Origin: a virus
Reading direction: 5' to 3' (one strand)
DNA length: 64,000 nucleotides
Virus record (IMG/VR): IMGVR_UViG_3300033150_000473
Location: 10,999 to 74,998 of that record
A program made the translations under genes and the position numbers. Shown here in pieces: positions 18,046 to 27,840 of this stretch; positions within the stretch are counted from its first letter, which is position 1, and each line of letters opens with the position of its first letter. Under the pieces are notes generated by a model that searched no databases, had not been told where the DNA came from, and saw only the letters and a list, made by a program, of their open reading frames with translations.

Positions 18046-19199
18046 AAAAAGTGACCGTGGGGACCTTCACGGCGACGGAGCGAATGCGTGAATTGGTGAA
18101 CGAGGTCTTGAATACAGGCCGAATCTCCTACGGCCCAATGTCGCGGGAGTTCGAGCGCAAGTTTGCCTCGATCCACGAGAGCCAATTCGGTATATTGTCC
18201 AACAGCGGCACTAGCAGTCTTCTAGTAGCTTTGCAGGCTATGAAAGAACTGTATGGCTGGCGAGACGGCACAGAAGTCATAGTACCGTCAGTGACTTTCG
18301 TCGCTACCATCAACATCGTGCTGCATTGCCGCATGAAACCTGTGATAGTGGATGTAGAACCCGATTGCTACGGCATGGATCCAGGGTTACTCCATCGCGC
18401 CATCACCGACCAGACTAAAGCAATCATCCCTGTGCACCTCTTTGGGATGCCCTGTGATATGACGGCCATCAGTGAAATCGCTGACTTGTATAGCCTCAGA
18501 ATCATCGAAGACAGTTGCGAAAGCATGTTTGTGCGCCATGCTGGCCGTATTTCGTGGGGCGATATTGGGTGTTTCTCTACTTACGTGGCACACTTGATCA
18601 CGACAGGCGTCGGTGGCATAAGTACGACAGACAACGAAGACTTAGCTATCAGGATGCGGTCTCTAGTCAATCACGGGCGTGACAAGGTTTACATCAGCAT
18701 CGACGATGACGATAATTTGTCTGAAGCCCGATTGAAGGAAGTGATTGGCAAGCGACTCCGTTTTGGCTCTGTGGGTCATAGTTTCCGTATCACGGAACTT
18801 GAAGCCGCTTTAGGTCTAGCCCAACTGGAAACATGGCAGGAGATGATCAGAAAGCGGCAGGGGAACGCCCAATACCTGACCGTGAAGTTGAGCGCTTATC
18901 CACAATTACAACTACCGACGATCCGAGACAACACGGGGCATGCTTTTATGATGTACCCAATCGTAGTTAGGGAAGGGGGCAAGTGGGGTCTAGTACACCA
19001 TCTAGAAGCCAACGGTATCGAGACCAGGGACATGCTTCCAGTTACCAACCAGCCTGTTTACCAGGATTGGTTGAACGAAGACGATTATCCTGTTGCCAAA
19101 TGGATCAACCAAGGTGGCCTATATTTGGGCTGCCATCAAGACTTGACGGTTGAAGACTTGGACTGGATCATCTACCAGGTTGACCGGTTCTACTCTTGA
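18042..19199 (+). CDS. DegT/DnrJ/EryC1/StrS-family PLP enzyme, His-type (3-dehydratase-like)
   Basis: NSGTSSL, PVHLFG, IEDSCES; STYVAHLITTG has His in place of the usual Lys. Confidence 0.9.
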   Translation: MKKVTVGTFTATERMRELVNEVLNTGRISYGPMSREFERKFASIHESQFGILSNSGTSSLLVALQAMKELYGWRDGTEVIVPSVTFVATINIVLHCRMKPVIVDVEPDCYGMDPGLLHRAITDQTKAIIPVHLFGMPCDMTAISEIADLYSLRIIEDSCESMFVRHAGRISWGDIGCFSTYVAHLITTGVGGISTTDNEDLAIRMRSLVNHGRDKVYISIDDDDNLSEARLKEVIGKRLRFGSVGHSFRITELEAALGLAQLETWQEMIRKRQGNAQYLTVKLSAYPQLQLPTIRDNTGHAFMMYPIVVREGGKWGLVHHLEANGIETRDMLPVTNQPVYQDWLNEDDYPVAKWINQGGLYLGCHQDLTVEDLDWIIYQVDRFYS

Positions 19200-20719
19200 A
19201 CATCGAAGTTTGGTGGAAGGGCAAGAAAATCATCTACGTCATTGGCTATCCACGCTCAGGTACGACGTGGATAGCTAGAGCCATTGCTTGCGCTTTGGAC
19301 TGTCCGATGTTGGGGGCGGCCGCGGAATGGACAGCACCACCGCCAGACGTTGAGGGGTTGGATAGAGAGAGCGAATATGCTGTACGGCGTGTGCATTTCC
19401 CAGAGGAAAAGTTCCTGGGAAGAACAGCCGACCACGAGGTTGTTGGTGTCATCTTCTCTGTGCGTGATCCACGAGATGTTGCGCTTTCAGCATGGCGCTA
19501 CTTTACTTACAGCAAGGATCAGGAGGGTTTGTGGAATTGCGTCAACCAATTGTCGGGAGTAGGACATGATGGTGCTCCCCTCCAACCACAGCGATGGGCT
19601 GGCAGAAATCGGCGTGGCTGGCCTGGTTATGTGGAAGATTGGTTAGGCACTCCATCGATACGTTACGAAGACCACCTGAGAGACCCAGAAGGCGAACTGA
19701 CCAGGGTTTTGGAGGAACTTGGCTTCCAGATACCGCAAGAGAGAATTGCCGCCGCTGCCGAAGCCAATCTCTTTCACAACCGCAAGAGAGACAGCCTCAT
19801 GTTTCGAGGCAAAGCAGGCATGTGGCGGTTTGAGTTAGAACCAGAGATGGTGGAGACTATCGAGGAACATTGCGGCGACATCATGGAACGACTGGGGTAC
19901 ACAAAAGGAGATACTATGTCAAGTGTTGAGGAACTGCGTGAGAGGGTAGAGGGATTGAAACACCTTGATACACCTGGGCTTTCTGAATCATGGCAAGGAC
20001 GCCGCAAGACGATCAGCGAACATATCCTGGGGCATGACTTGTTGGATTTCCTGAATTGGGCTGTAATCAGGAGCACGATGTTTGTAGGAGACGCCCCCTA
20101 CATTCCCGCGAAGTTGAAAGCGATGCGCAAAGTACGAAAAGGCTGGCGTCGCTGGCGCAACGCAATGAAAGAGGACGACTTTGGTGGTGCTCTCAGACTA
20201 CCAAAAGAGAGTTGGACGAGCGGGAATCTCATCAACCAGGGGAGCCACCTCCACATGTTCGAGCAACTAACGGGCTTGAGTGTCAACGACATGCCTGCCA
20301 TTGGTGACTTTGCAGGCGGCTATGGAGCGATGGCAAAGATTATTAGGCGGCTTGGCTTTGAAGGGCCTCTGGCTACCTACGAGATGCCAGAGATGGCCGC
20401 CTTGCAGCAGTTCTATCTGGAAAACATCGGCATCGACGATGTGCAATCCCTGTATCATCTAGAGGACTTCATCGATGTGTTCAAGGATGGAGGTCTGTTC
20501 ATCTCTATCTGCGGCCTCAGCGAACTACCGTTTGCCCTCCGGTTGAGCATCCTAGAAGAGGTGAAAGCAACAGCTTACCTGATCGTCTATGGTCATATCT
20601 GGGACGGGAAAGATAACGAGAAACTCTTTGGCCGGTTTATGAAAAAGCACCCTGAGATTTCTTGGCAGCGGGGTAATTGCATCTACACCCATCGCTACCT
20701 GATAGGTGTGACCAGGTGA
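19196..20719 (+). CDS. sulfotransferase fused to a putative sugar O-methyltransferase-like domain
   Basis: GYPRSGTTW (5'-PSB loop), RDPRDVALS (3'-PB), FRGKAGMW; C-terminal half has a DFAGGYG SAM-like motif. Confidence 0.8.
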   Translation: MNIEVWWKGKKIIYVIGYPRSGTTWIARAIACALDCPMLGAAAEWTAPPPDVEGLDRESEYAVRRVHFPEEKFLGRTADHEVVGVIFSVRDPRDVALSAWRYFTYSKDQEGLWNCVNQLSGVGHDGAPLQPQRWAGRNRRGWPGYVEDWLGTPSIRYEDHLRDPEGELTRVLEELGFQIPQERIAAAAEANLFHNRKRDSLMFRGKAGMWRFELEPEMVETIEEHCGDIMERLGYTKGDTMSSVEELRERVEGLKHLDTPGLSESWQGRRKTISEHILGHDLLDFLNWAVIRSTMFVGDAPYIPAKLKAMRKVRKGWRRWRNAMKEDDFGGALRLPKESWTSGNLINQGSHLHMFEQLTGLSVNDMPAIGDFAGGYGAMAKIIRRLGFEGPLATYEMPEMAALQQFYLENIGIDDVQSLYHLEDFIDVFKDGGLFISICGLSELPFALRLSILEEVKATAYLIVYGHIWDGKDNEKLFGRFMKKHPEISWQRGNCIYTHRYLIGVTR

Positions 20720-20723
20720 GTTA

Positions 20724-21422
20724 ATGGAACAGAAAGAAATCTACGTAACTGCATTCCCAAGGTCAGGCAACACGTGGCTCAACCGCCTGCTGGCTGACGT
20801 GCTCAATTCGCCCATGCAAACCCAGCCCAACGCTGTCGTCAATTGGGCTAGTGAAGGGCGGGATGGCGATTACGTACTGCGTAAGGCGCATAAGTTGGGA
20901 TACGAGAAAACTGACGGGAAGTGGATATTCATCCAGCGAGACCCGCGGGACGTTGCTGTATCGGCTATGTATTACAGCAAATCTCCCTCTTTGTTAGAAA
21001 CGCTTATGACACTGTTGTGTCGGTGTGAACCCTGGAAACCAGGGATATTCCGCAAAGTTGGCGTCTACGAGCGTTGGGTGAGGTCGTGGTTAGATACAGG
21101 GTTAGCAGATGTAGTAACGAAGTACGAGATTTTGCACGCTGATCCCGTGCACGAGCTTAGTCGCATCGTCAGTGTTCTTACCGGATTGTCTTTAGACATG
21201 GATTGGATTAGAGAGTGTGTGCAGCGTCAGTCGTTTGACGTTGTTGCCAAGTCTCGAAAGGGGGACTTAGCTATGCGCAAAGGCATCGTCGGTGACTGGC
21301 GCAATCATTTCACTCGTCCTGAAGGGCATTTGCTGAACGATTATCTAGGGGAGTTCATGTACGAACAGCGGTACATTGAAAAGTTTGACTGGTGGGTAAA
21401 CTTACCCATGGAAAGGACATAA
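20724..21422 (+). CDS. PAPS-dependent sulfotransferase
   Basis: AFPRSGNTWL, RDPRDVAVS, RKGIVGDWRNHF. Confidence 0.92.
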   Translation: MEQKEIYVTAFPRSGNTWLNRLLADVLNSPMQTQPNAVVNWASEGRDGDYVLRKAHKLGYEKTDGKWIFIQRDPRDVAVSAMYYSKSPSLLETLMTLLCRCEPWKPGIFRKVGVYERWVRSWLDTGLADVVTKYEILHADPVHELSRIVSVLTGLSLDMDWIRECVQRQSFDVVAKSRKGDLAMRKGIVGDWRNHFTRPEGHLLNDYLGEFMYEQRYIEKFDWWVNLPMERT

Positions 21423-21425
21423 TGC

Positions 21426-24056
21426 ATGCCGACTTTTTACGTACACCCGTCCCCCGCTCGTGGGGAGATCGACTTCGGTGTTATCAAGCGCATCATTGAG
21501 GTACACCAACGTCAACTGCCGAGGCACGGCTGGAAAGAGGTTAGCACCGAGGCCCACGCGCAGTTGGTAGTCGGACACCTGGGTGCAAACTCTGAGAAAC
21601 TAGACGTTTTCCATTTGCATGGCTTCTATCCCACTGGGATGCTCGAAGACATGCCCAAGCAATGTTGGGCTGCCAACTCGGCCATCATCGAGAATGTCAG
21701 GCGAGCCAAGAATGTTATTGCCGTCTCGGAGTGGGTTGCTGAGACTTTACGCCGTGACATGCATCTGGATCCGATGGTGTGCGGTCATGGCATAGACTTG
21801 GACGTGTGGGCCAAAGTCAAAGCCGTGAAGAGAAAACCGTATGTCTTGTGGAACAAGAACCGGACACTTGGTGTATGTGACCCGCAGCCAGTGATCGAAC
21901 TTGCTCAACGTTTACCTAAACTGGATTACGTCACTACGTTTCTACCTGGAGACGCAAAACCTACTAAGAACATCTCAGTAACGGGTACTCTAGCTACATC
22001 GAAGATGTGGCCTTTGGTAAAAGGGGCATCTGTCTACCTGGCTACGACGAAAGAGACATTCAGCATCAGTGTCTTGGAAGCGATGGCTTCTGGAGTGCCG
22101 GTGGTTGGTTTCAACTGGGGCAACGTGCCGGTACTGATTGACGGTTGTGGGGTATTAGTTGAGCCGTATGATTACGACGGATTAGCAGAAGCGGTTGAAG
22201 AAGCACTGGATCGCAGGGATGAGTTCGGGGCAAATGGGAAGGAGCATGTCAAGCAATTCACGTGGGATAGGGTGGTCTGGCGATTGGCACGTCTCTACCA
22301 AGAGTGTTTGGAGGAACACAAAGGCCCGAAAGTCACGGTAACAATCCCATGTAAAGATTATGGCCGGTATGTCAAACAGGCGATTGAATCTGTCTTTGCC
22401 CAGACATTCGAGGACTGGGAACTGTTTATTGTCGATGACGGGAGCAGTGACGACAGCGCTGCTGTGATCCGAGAGACTATTGCCGATGAACCACGAGCCC
22501 GTTACTTGCGCCACGAAAACGCGATGGGGGTAGCTCATGCTCGCAACCGTGGCATCAGCGAAGGCAGAGGTATGTACGTTAGTTGCCTGGATGCCGATGA
22601 CATCATGGAGCCTGAGTTTCTAGCAAAGATGGTCGCAGCGATGGACGAAGACCCGAAACTGGGTCTAGCCTATAGCGGTTTGCGCCTCATGGACGAGAAC
22701 GCATCTGCGGCAGACAATGTTCATGCCTTCCCAGGGCAGTATGATCCAGAGAGAGGCATGAAGGGAAACCAAATCCCCACACTCAACATGTTCCGCAGGG
22801 CCACCTGGAAACGACTTGGTGGTTATCGACAGAGGTTCGCTCCTCATGGTGCAGGGCTTGAAGACGGTGACTTCTGGTCACGAATACTCGCTTGTGGTGG
22901 GGGTGCTCGCAGGGTTACGGATGAAGGGTTGTTTCTCTACCGCATACACGCTAAATCAGCGACCAGAACATATCACGACAAAGGGAGTCCCTGGTACGAT
23001 TGGCAGCCGTGGAAAGATAACGACAACCATCCATTCGCCTCTCAGTTGGGCATCCCACCAATGGGGTCTTGGGCGGTAAGAGACTACGACCGTCCCAGAA
23101 TCGCTATAGTAGTTCCTGTAGGGCCTTACCACAAGTTGGACATGATCAACGCCCTGGATTCTGTAGAAGCACAGACTTATCGTTTCTGGGAATTGATCGT
23201 AGTCAACGATACAGGAGAACCATTGGATCTCAGCGCCTGGCCGTTTGCCAAGTTGATTGACACAGAGAAGGCCAGTACGGGACCTGGTCACAGTCGTAAC
23301 TTGGGGACGGCTGCGTCGAGTGCGCCACTGGTTGTTTACTTGGATGCTGATGATGTACTACAACCCACTTTCCTGGAAGACACGTTGAGTCTTTGGTTGG
23401 ATGTGGGTGGTTGGATTTACACTGATTTCTTCTATACCAAAGCAGACGGAGCACGCAACATCTGGCAGGCGAAAGAATGGGATGCCGAGAGGTTGTGGGA
23501 AAAGGGCGTGGCAGCGGTAACAGGTTTGTATCCAGTTCAAGCCTGGGAGGATGTAGGGGGTTTTGACGAACAGATCGCTCACGAAGATTGGGAGTTCCAC
23601 ATCAAATTGGCTCTTGCGGGTTGGTGTGGGACGCGGTTGGCGAAACCGCTCATCACCTACCAGCACGACACAGGGAAGCGACGCGAGGAATGTATCGCCG
23701 CCGAGGGGTTCAAGCAAGTCAAGAGGCGCTATGCCAAGGAGAGCCTAATGGGGTGTAATTGTGGGAAGGGTGGCGGGGTGGTAAGGAAGATTCGCCGGCC
23801 AGTAGAGAAGGTAGAAAGTATCGACTTAGACCCATCCGTGCTACCTGCTAAGTCTGATGACAGCTACAGGCTCATCATGTACGTTGGCAAATCCAAGACC
23901 GACCTGATGTTCCGGGGCAGGACGGGGAAAACTTACATCTTCAGCACAGCGAGACGGTTAGCCTGGGCTGACCCACAAGATGTTGGGAGACTAGCCCGCA
24001 AGTCTGTATTGCGCATCGTGCAAGAGGAGACAGCCCGTGCGAGCCTCAACGTATAG
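21426..24056 (+). CDS. tri-domain glycosyltransferase (GT4 + GT2 + GT2) with C-terminal extension
   Basis: ETFSISVLEAMASG (GT4); VDDGS...ARN...LDADD; VND...SRN...LDADD...HEDW. Confidence 0.92.
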   Translation: MPTFYVHPSPARGEIDFGVIKRIIEVHQRQLPRHGWKEVSTEAHAQLVVGHLGANSEKLDVFHLHGFYPTGMLEDMPKQCWAANSAIIENVRRAKNVIAVSEWVAETLRRDMHLDPMVCGHGIDLDVWAKVKAVKRKPYVLWNKNRTLGVCDPQPVIELAQRLPKLDYVTTFLPGDAKPTKNISVTGTLATSKMWPLVKGASVYLATTKETFSISVLEAMASGVPVVGFNWGNVPVLIDGCGVLVEPYDYDGLAEAVEEALDRRDEFGANGKEHVKQFTWDRVVWRLARLYQECLEEHKGPKVTVTIPCKDYGRYVKQAIESVFAQTFEDWELFIVDDGSSDDSAAVIRETIADEPRARYLRHENAMGVAHARNRGISEGRGMYVSCLDADDIMEPEFLAKMVAAMDEDPKLGLAYSGLRLMDENASAADNVHAFPGQYDPERGMKGNQIPTLNMFRRATWKRLGGYRQRFAPHGAGLEDGDFWSRILACGGGARRVTDEGLFLYRIHAKSATRTYHDKGSPWYDWQPWKDNDNHPFASQLGIPPMGSWAVRDYDRPRIAIVVPVGPYHKLDMINALDSVEAQTYRFWELIVVNDTGEPLDLSAWPFAKLIDTEKASTGPGHSRNLGTAASSAPLVVYLDADDVLQPTFLEDTLSLWLDVGGWIYTDFFYTKADGARNIWQAKEWDAERLWEKGVAAVTGLYPVQAWEDVGGFDEQIAHEDWEFHIKLALAGWCGTRLAKPLITYQHDTGKRREECIAAEGFKQVKRRYAKESLMGCNCGKGGGVVRKIRRPVEKVESIDLDPSVLPAKSDDSYRLIMYVGKSKTDLMFRGRTGKTYIFSTARRLAWADPQDVGRLARKSVLRIVQEETARASLNV

Positions 24057-25263
24057 CTTGGTTAGTTTATCACAGTTTGCCCAGATACTCGGGCTCGACC
24101 CGCTGCATTTCGCGGGAGGTCACAGCGCGTTGAGGCCAGTAGGTGCTCATTGCCACGACGTATGGACGCAATACCAGTGGCAAGACCCTGGGAAAGCCAG
24201 CAGAGAAGAGATCGCCCGCTCCCTGAAACGCGCCGAGGAAGAGATTGCTGACATCTGTGGTTACTATGCAGCGTGGAAGTGGATCGCTGATGAGAGACAT
24301 AAACTAGACCGCGGCGGATCGTGTTGCAACGTTGCCAGGACGCGCCTCGTCACCAAGAGAAAACATGTGCTCGGTGGTGGGGCTAAAGCTATCAGCGACA
24401 TTGATGATGTCACCAGGGAGGCAGACATAGACCCTGATGGTGACGGGTTTGCTGAAACGGCTGTCTTCACTCTCGCCAATATCCCTACCACGTGGGATTT
24501 GGAAGAGATCAGAGCCTGTTACAAAGTGTACGCTCCTGGTGATGCGGAGAACTGCCGCACAGACCCATCCAGTGATGGATACGACGAAGCATGGGAAGTA
24601 CGCCCTCTGAAACTAAGCCGCAGTGACACTACGGTAACGGCTTATCTTCCTGTGTGGCATTTGTTCAAGCCAGAACTGTACGAGCGGCTAAACCCTAGTC
24701 AAATCAATGCCGACGACGCCAATAGTTATGTAGACACGCTCAGCTTCTACCGCGTTTATACTGACTTATCATCTCAGGCATCATTCATGTGGGGGACGGA
24801 TTGCGTCTACGACGTTAGCTGTGCCTGGGCCATACAGCCTGGGTGCATCCGTACCCCTGATCCGCGAACTGGCATAGTCACCGTCGTCCCTGGGACGTGG
24901 GACGCTGACAATGATCGTTACAACGCTACCAGCTTCACGTACAACACAGTACCGGATGCGGTGCGGCTCTGGTATCGTGCTGGACTTGAACGCCCAGCTC
25001 CTGGGATAGTTGACAGTAGAATGGCGCGGCTGATTGTCATATTGGCTTGTACCAGACTCGACTATCCCATCTGCACCTGCGGAAACGCACAAACGTTGGT
25101 GGCTAACTGGCGAGAGAATGCAGCCAGGGCGAGCAAAGAGAGAACGTTCATGTTGACACCACAGATGCTCCAGAATGTGCTGGGGATGCGTGTCGGAGAG
25201 ATCACCGTGTGGTCAGCTCTCAATATCCCTAGCACGAGGGTAGGCAAAGCGGTGCGCACATGA
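24037..25263 (+). CDS. putative head-tail adaptor
   Basis: Position; VRLWYRAG motif resembling gp6/gp15-like connectors. Confidence 0.5.
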   Translation: MRASTYSLVSLSQFAQILGLDPLHFAGGHSALRPVGAHCHDVWTQYQWQDPGKASREEIARSLKRAEEEIADICGYYAAWKWIADERHKLDRGGSCCNVARTRLVTKRKHVLGGGAKAISDIDDVTREADIDPDGDGFAETAVFTLANIPTTWDLEEIRACYKVYAPGDAENCRTDPSSDGYDEAWEVRPLKLSRSDTTVTAYLPVWHLFKPELYERLNPSQINADDANSYVDTLSFYRVYTDLSSQASFMWGTDCVYDVSCAWAIQPGCIRTPDPRTGIVTVVPGTWDADNDRYNATSFTYNTVPDAVRLWYRAGLERPAPGIVDSRMARLIVILACTRLDYPICTCGNAQTLVANWRENAARASKERTFMLTPQMLQNVLGMRVGEITVWSALNIPSTRVGKAVRT

Positions 25264-25778
25264 AGGCTATCTTTGAGGCGCTGCCGCTCAATCCCAAGGA
25301 CTTCCTGGCAGAAGTGGATGCGGTGCTGAAAGAGGCGGGGAAGTCTGGCAAGAAAGGGTTCGAGGCGACTACTAGAGGCTGGGATCACAAGCCGACGTTT
25401 GACATCATCGGCCCGTTCACTGAAGGAAACGATAGAAAAGTGGTCGTAGGGCCGAAGGTGGGCGACCATGCTAGTGACATATTCACGTGGGTAGACAAGG
25501 GAACGAAGCCGCGTGACATCTACAGCAAAGGCGATAAGCCGATGCGCTGGAGAGAACCATTCGTTCCTAAGACAAGCCCGGGCCGTCTTAGTTCTGGCCC
25601 AGGCCTACGTACCGGGCCAATATTCAAGAGGGCGCATCACGTGAAGCATCCAGGTATCGACCCGCGCAACTTCTCTTACTGGATAGCGATGGAGTTGGGC
25701 AGGTGGTTCTCAAGCAACGTGAGGAAGCTCAACCAGAAGTTTGGGCGGATCATCCAAGGCAACATTAAATCAATATAA
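25260..25778 (+). CDS. putative neck/tail-completion protein
   Basis: VDKGTKPRDI...VKHPG basic motif typical of HK97 gp10-like proteins. Confidence 0.6.
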   Translation: MKAIFEALPLNPKDFLAEVDAVLKEAGKSGKKGFEATTRGWDHKPTFDIIGPFTEGNDRKVVVGPKVGDHASDIFTWVDKGTKPRDIYSKGDKPMRWREPFVPKTSPGRLSSGPGLRTGPIFKRAHHVKHPGIDPRNFSYWIAMELGRWFSSNVRKLNQKFGRIIQGNIKSI

Positions 25779-25822
25779 GTGGCAGTGACCCTTTCCCTGC
25801 GCAATGACACGGAGGTAACACA

Positions 25823-27232
25823 ATGGCAGACGAAAAAGTTGGAAACAAGAGTTCCGGCGTTTTTCTCCTAGATCAATGTAACTCAGAGGCACAATTCCAG
25901 GGCTGTCTCCGAGTTACTGCGCCGACGCACTCACGGGGCGACATCACTGCGCACTACTGTTTTATCGGTGGCATACCGTTGCCGGTTGGACAGACACAGG
26001 GTGTCCCTACACCCTTCACGCCTAGCGTAGAAGCGCCAATGCAGGTACTGTGGCCCTGGTACAATCGCAGATGCCCGTTTACTATGGTAGTAGCTGTCAA
26101 GACTTGCTACGAAGGCCACGAGATCGCTCAATGGGATAGTGGCATCGACTACGCGGTCTACTTCCCCAAGAGCGAGATCACTGACGAAGGCTTTATGACC
26201 AACTTGACGCAGGGGTTGGATGACGCCGAAGAGGTGCTGATGAGCACCGTCACGCTCAACGCGGCCGACTGGGAGTTGTACGAGAAGCACACTCCTGGCA
26301 AACTGACACTACCTGACAGGCTCATCACTCAGATCAACCACATCGCCTACTGCGGTGGGCCTCTGTGTGCGAGTCTGTCCAGTGCTTGCAACCAGCCGTA
26401 TGATCCTGGTTGTCAGGACATCTGGATCGGCGGTGACGGTGGTCTTCTCTGGTTGTCTGTAGACGGTGGCCTGAACTGGACAGAGAAGGAAGGAAGCGGC
26501 GCAGGACAGTTGGATCTCGACGATGCGCTGTACGGCACGATGGACGTCGAGGCTCTGTACTGTGACCGCAGCGTCGTCTTGGTTTCTGCCGAGAACGGCT
26601 GTATCTACTACTCCCACGACGGGGGAACGACCTGGGTTACACCAAGTGACTGTTCGCAGATGGCCGTGGCCTTTGCAGGGTATCTGAAGAACATCTTTGC
26701 TGCCGGCGCGGGTCTGTGGAAGTCCATCGACGACGGGGTTTCCTGGACACAGCTTATCGCTGGTACGTTCCTAGACGTCTACTTCACGGTAGACGGAACT
26801 GGAGTCGCAATCACCGCAACGGATACCTACTACAGCACCGACAGTGGCGCTTCGTGGGTGACGTTGACAGCTTCTGGGCTGACGGCACAGACTGATGTGC
26901 AGTTGGTGAATGGCATGATCTGGGTCTCTGGCGGCGATGGCATGGCCTACACCAGGGATCAGGGTACGAACTGGACGGTCATCAACACTGACGCCTGGGA
27001 CGACTTCGTGTTCTTGACCTGCTACGTCGGCTACCGGCTGACTGGTGCGGGGAATACGGTGGGGCCGTTGCAGTACACGCTCGATGGTGGTGTGACCTGG
27101 TGGGACTTGACCATCAGCGGCTGGGTTGCTGAAGACCTGATAGTCTTGGCAGCTTGCTACGACCGCCTGATGATCGGCGGCGCAAGCGGGTTCCTGGCGC
27201 AAATGGTAACGAAGAGCCGAATGATAACCTAG
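25823..27232 (+). CDS. putative major tail protein with C-terminal Asp-box (BNR) propeller
   Basis: About 6 S/TxDGGxxW repeats; located just before chaperones and tape measure. Confidence 0.55.
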   Translation: MADEKVGNKSSGVFLLDQCNSEAQFQGCLRVTAPTHSRGDITAHYCFIGGIPLPVGQTQGVPTPFTPSVEAPMQVLWPWYNRRCPFTMVVAVKTCYEGHEIAQWDSGIDYAVYFPKSEITDEGFMTNLTQGLDDAEEVLMSTVTLNAADWELYEKHTPGKLTLPDRLITQINHIAYCGGPLCASLSSACNQPYDPGCQDIWIGGDGGLLWLSVDGGLNWTEKEGSGAGQLDLDDALYGTMDVEALYCDRSVVLVSAENGCIYYSHDGGTTWVTPSDCSQMAVAFAGYLKNIFAAGAGLWKSIDDGVSWTQLIAGTFLDVYFTVDGTGVAITATDTYYSTDSGASWVTLTASGLTAQTDVQLVNGMIWVSGGDGMAYTRDQGTNWTVINTDAWDDFVFLTCYVGYRLTGAGNTVGPLQYTLDGGVTWWDLTISGWVAEDLIVLAACYDRLMIGGASGFLAQMVTKSRMIT

Positions 27233-27264
27233 AATTGACTAGGGAGACTTCCCTGGGAGGAAGT

Positions 27265-27840
27265 ATGGCAAAGAACGAGTCCACAATCTATTACACGCTG
27301 GACAAAGACGGCCGCGCCTGGGCGCAGTTGCCGTCCAAGAAGAAGCTACAGATAAAACCCGTCCATCCGATGGTGGTGAGGCGGATCATCGGCGCTTTCC
27401 CTGCACCCAAGATGCCTACAGTAGACGTAGAGATCGGGGACACGGGGATGGCCCAGAAGTTCACCAAAGAACACGATCCGGCTTTTCTACAAGCCCAAAT
27501 GGAGTGGCAGTCATCATTAGCAGCGGCAATGATGACCCGCTTCATCCTCGATGCCGTCGTTGTACCAGAAGACGACGAGTGGGCTTGGAAACTAACCGAA
27601 ACTGGAGTACCTGTCCCGCAGAATGGCGCAGACCGCCAATGGGCCTACGTCGAGGAGGCCCACATCGAGCTACTAGAAGACCCAGGGGAACAGTCAGCGT
27701 TTCTCAGTGCGGTACGGCAGTCTAGTGTCCCTTCTGAGGCAGGCATTGAGGCTGCCCGTCAGCGGTTTCGGGACGAAATGGAAGGGGACGAAACTGGTGA
27801 ACCTGAAACTACCATCGGGGGAGTTCAGGACGAGCCGTGA
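27265..27840 (+). CDS. tail assembly chaperone (G-like)
   Basis: GGGAGG RBS, ATG 27265; position upstream of tape measure. Confidence 0.65.
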   Translation: MAKNESTIYYTLDKDGRAWAQLPSKKKLQIKPVHPMVVRRIIGAFPAPKMPTVDVEIGDTGMAQKFTKEHDPAFLQAQMEWQSSLAAAMMTRFILDAVVVPEDDEWAWKLTETGVPVPQNGADRQWAYVEEAHIELLEDPGEQSAFLSAVRQSSVPSEAGIEAARQRFRDEMEGDETGEPETTIGGVQDEP

